Shown here one piece after another: positions 63,502-64,000 of a DNA stretch of 64,000 nucleotides; the stretch's first letter is position 1; each line of letters starts with the position of its first letter. Source of the stretch: Chiloscyllium plagiosum (taxonomy: Eukaryota); contig NC_057718.1 of the NCBI RefSeq assembly GCF_004010195.1, forward strand, positions 101,072,219 through 101,136,218, in the 5' to 3' direction. The notes below the pieces were generated by a model that did no database searches, was not told where the DNA came from, and was given only the letters and a program-made list of their open reading frames with translations. A program made the translations under genes and the position numbers.

Positions 63502-64000
63502 ACCATTATTCTCTGCTCAGGGATTTCTCGGAGAGGTGGTATTTTCTGGAATTCAAATCGTTATGTAGATTTTGGAGCGTACTTAACAGTAGCTTACATC
63601 AGTGCTCCTGATGTGCTTGTGTCAATGACCCAGAGCTGTATGTCAGGACAATTAATCTGTATACCTCACTGTGAGGGAGTTTAAGGATGACTCAATTTAC
63701 TCAAACCCCACCTCTCAAAAGGTATTAATTTCCAAGTATTTGAGTAGCCCTGCATCAATCAATTTTGCCAGCCATTATCTGAGTGTATTTGACTGCATTA
63801 AAATAAAAATCTCATCGAGAATTTTGGTTGAAAGAGATTAGTAACCTGTATTTTGCCGTCAAGTATTGGATTACAGAATCTTGCAATAGAAAATGGATCA
63901 TTCCAATTAAAAGTTCTTTAGTCTGTCAGAGATGCAAGTCATTGGCTTCATATTAAATTTGGAGGGGTACAGAAAAGATTTACAAGGATGCTGCCAAGGT

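Noticed and set aside
5978..64000. Nested antisense FLRT gene
   Set aside because: No long leucine-rich-repeat ORF exists on either strand; the longest ORFs are under 190 aa.

Overview
Repeat-dense vertebrate genomic DNA. The repeat repertoire (HE1/V-SINEs, CR1 LINEs with CTCTATGA tails, Deu-domain SINE remnants) points to a cartilaginous fish, probably a shark; this is inferred, not proven. The only host coding sequence I can support is one 117-bp phase-1/phase-1 exon (5861-5977, +) of a MACROD-family ADP-ribose glycohydrolase, closest to MACROD2. The rest of the window appears to be its introns. The other ORFs in the track are retroelement fragments (CR1, RTE, Rex1/Babar, Penelope GIY-YIG) or noise. 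The most interesting signal is a population of short Penelope-like element (PLE) derivatives from at least four families. They carry minimal type-I hammerhead ribozyme motifs (CTGANGA-A-stem II-GAAAC-GTH or GAAAG-CTA) with co-varying stems. In longer parent copies the motif lies about 30 nt downstream of a TATA box. Many copies are inserted as head-to-head fold-back pairs with 12-15-bp target-site duplications (TSDs) and junction microhomology. There is a 283-N assembly gap at 57245-57527. Repeat boundaries were read by eye and are approximate, and family names come from memory of consensus sequences, not from a database search.
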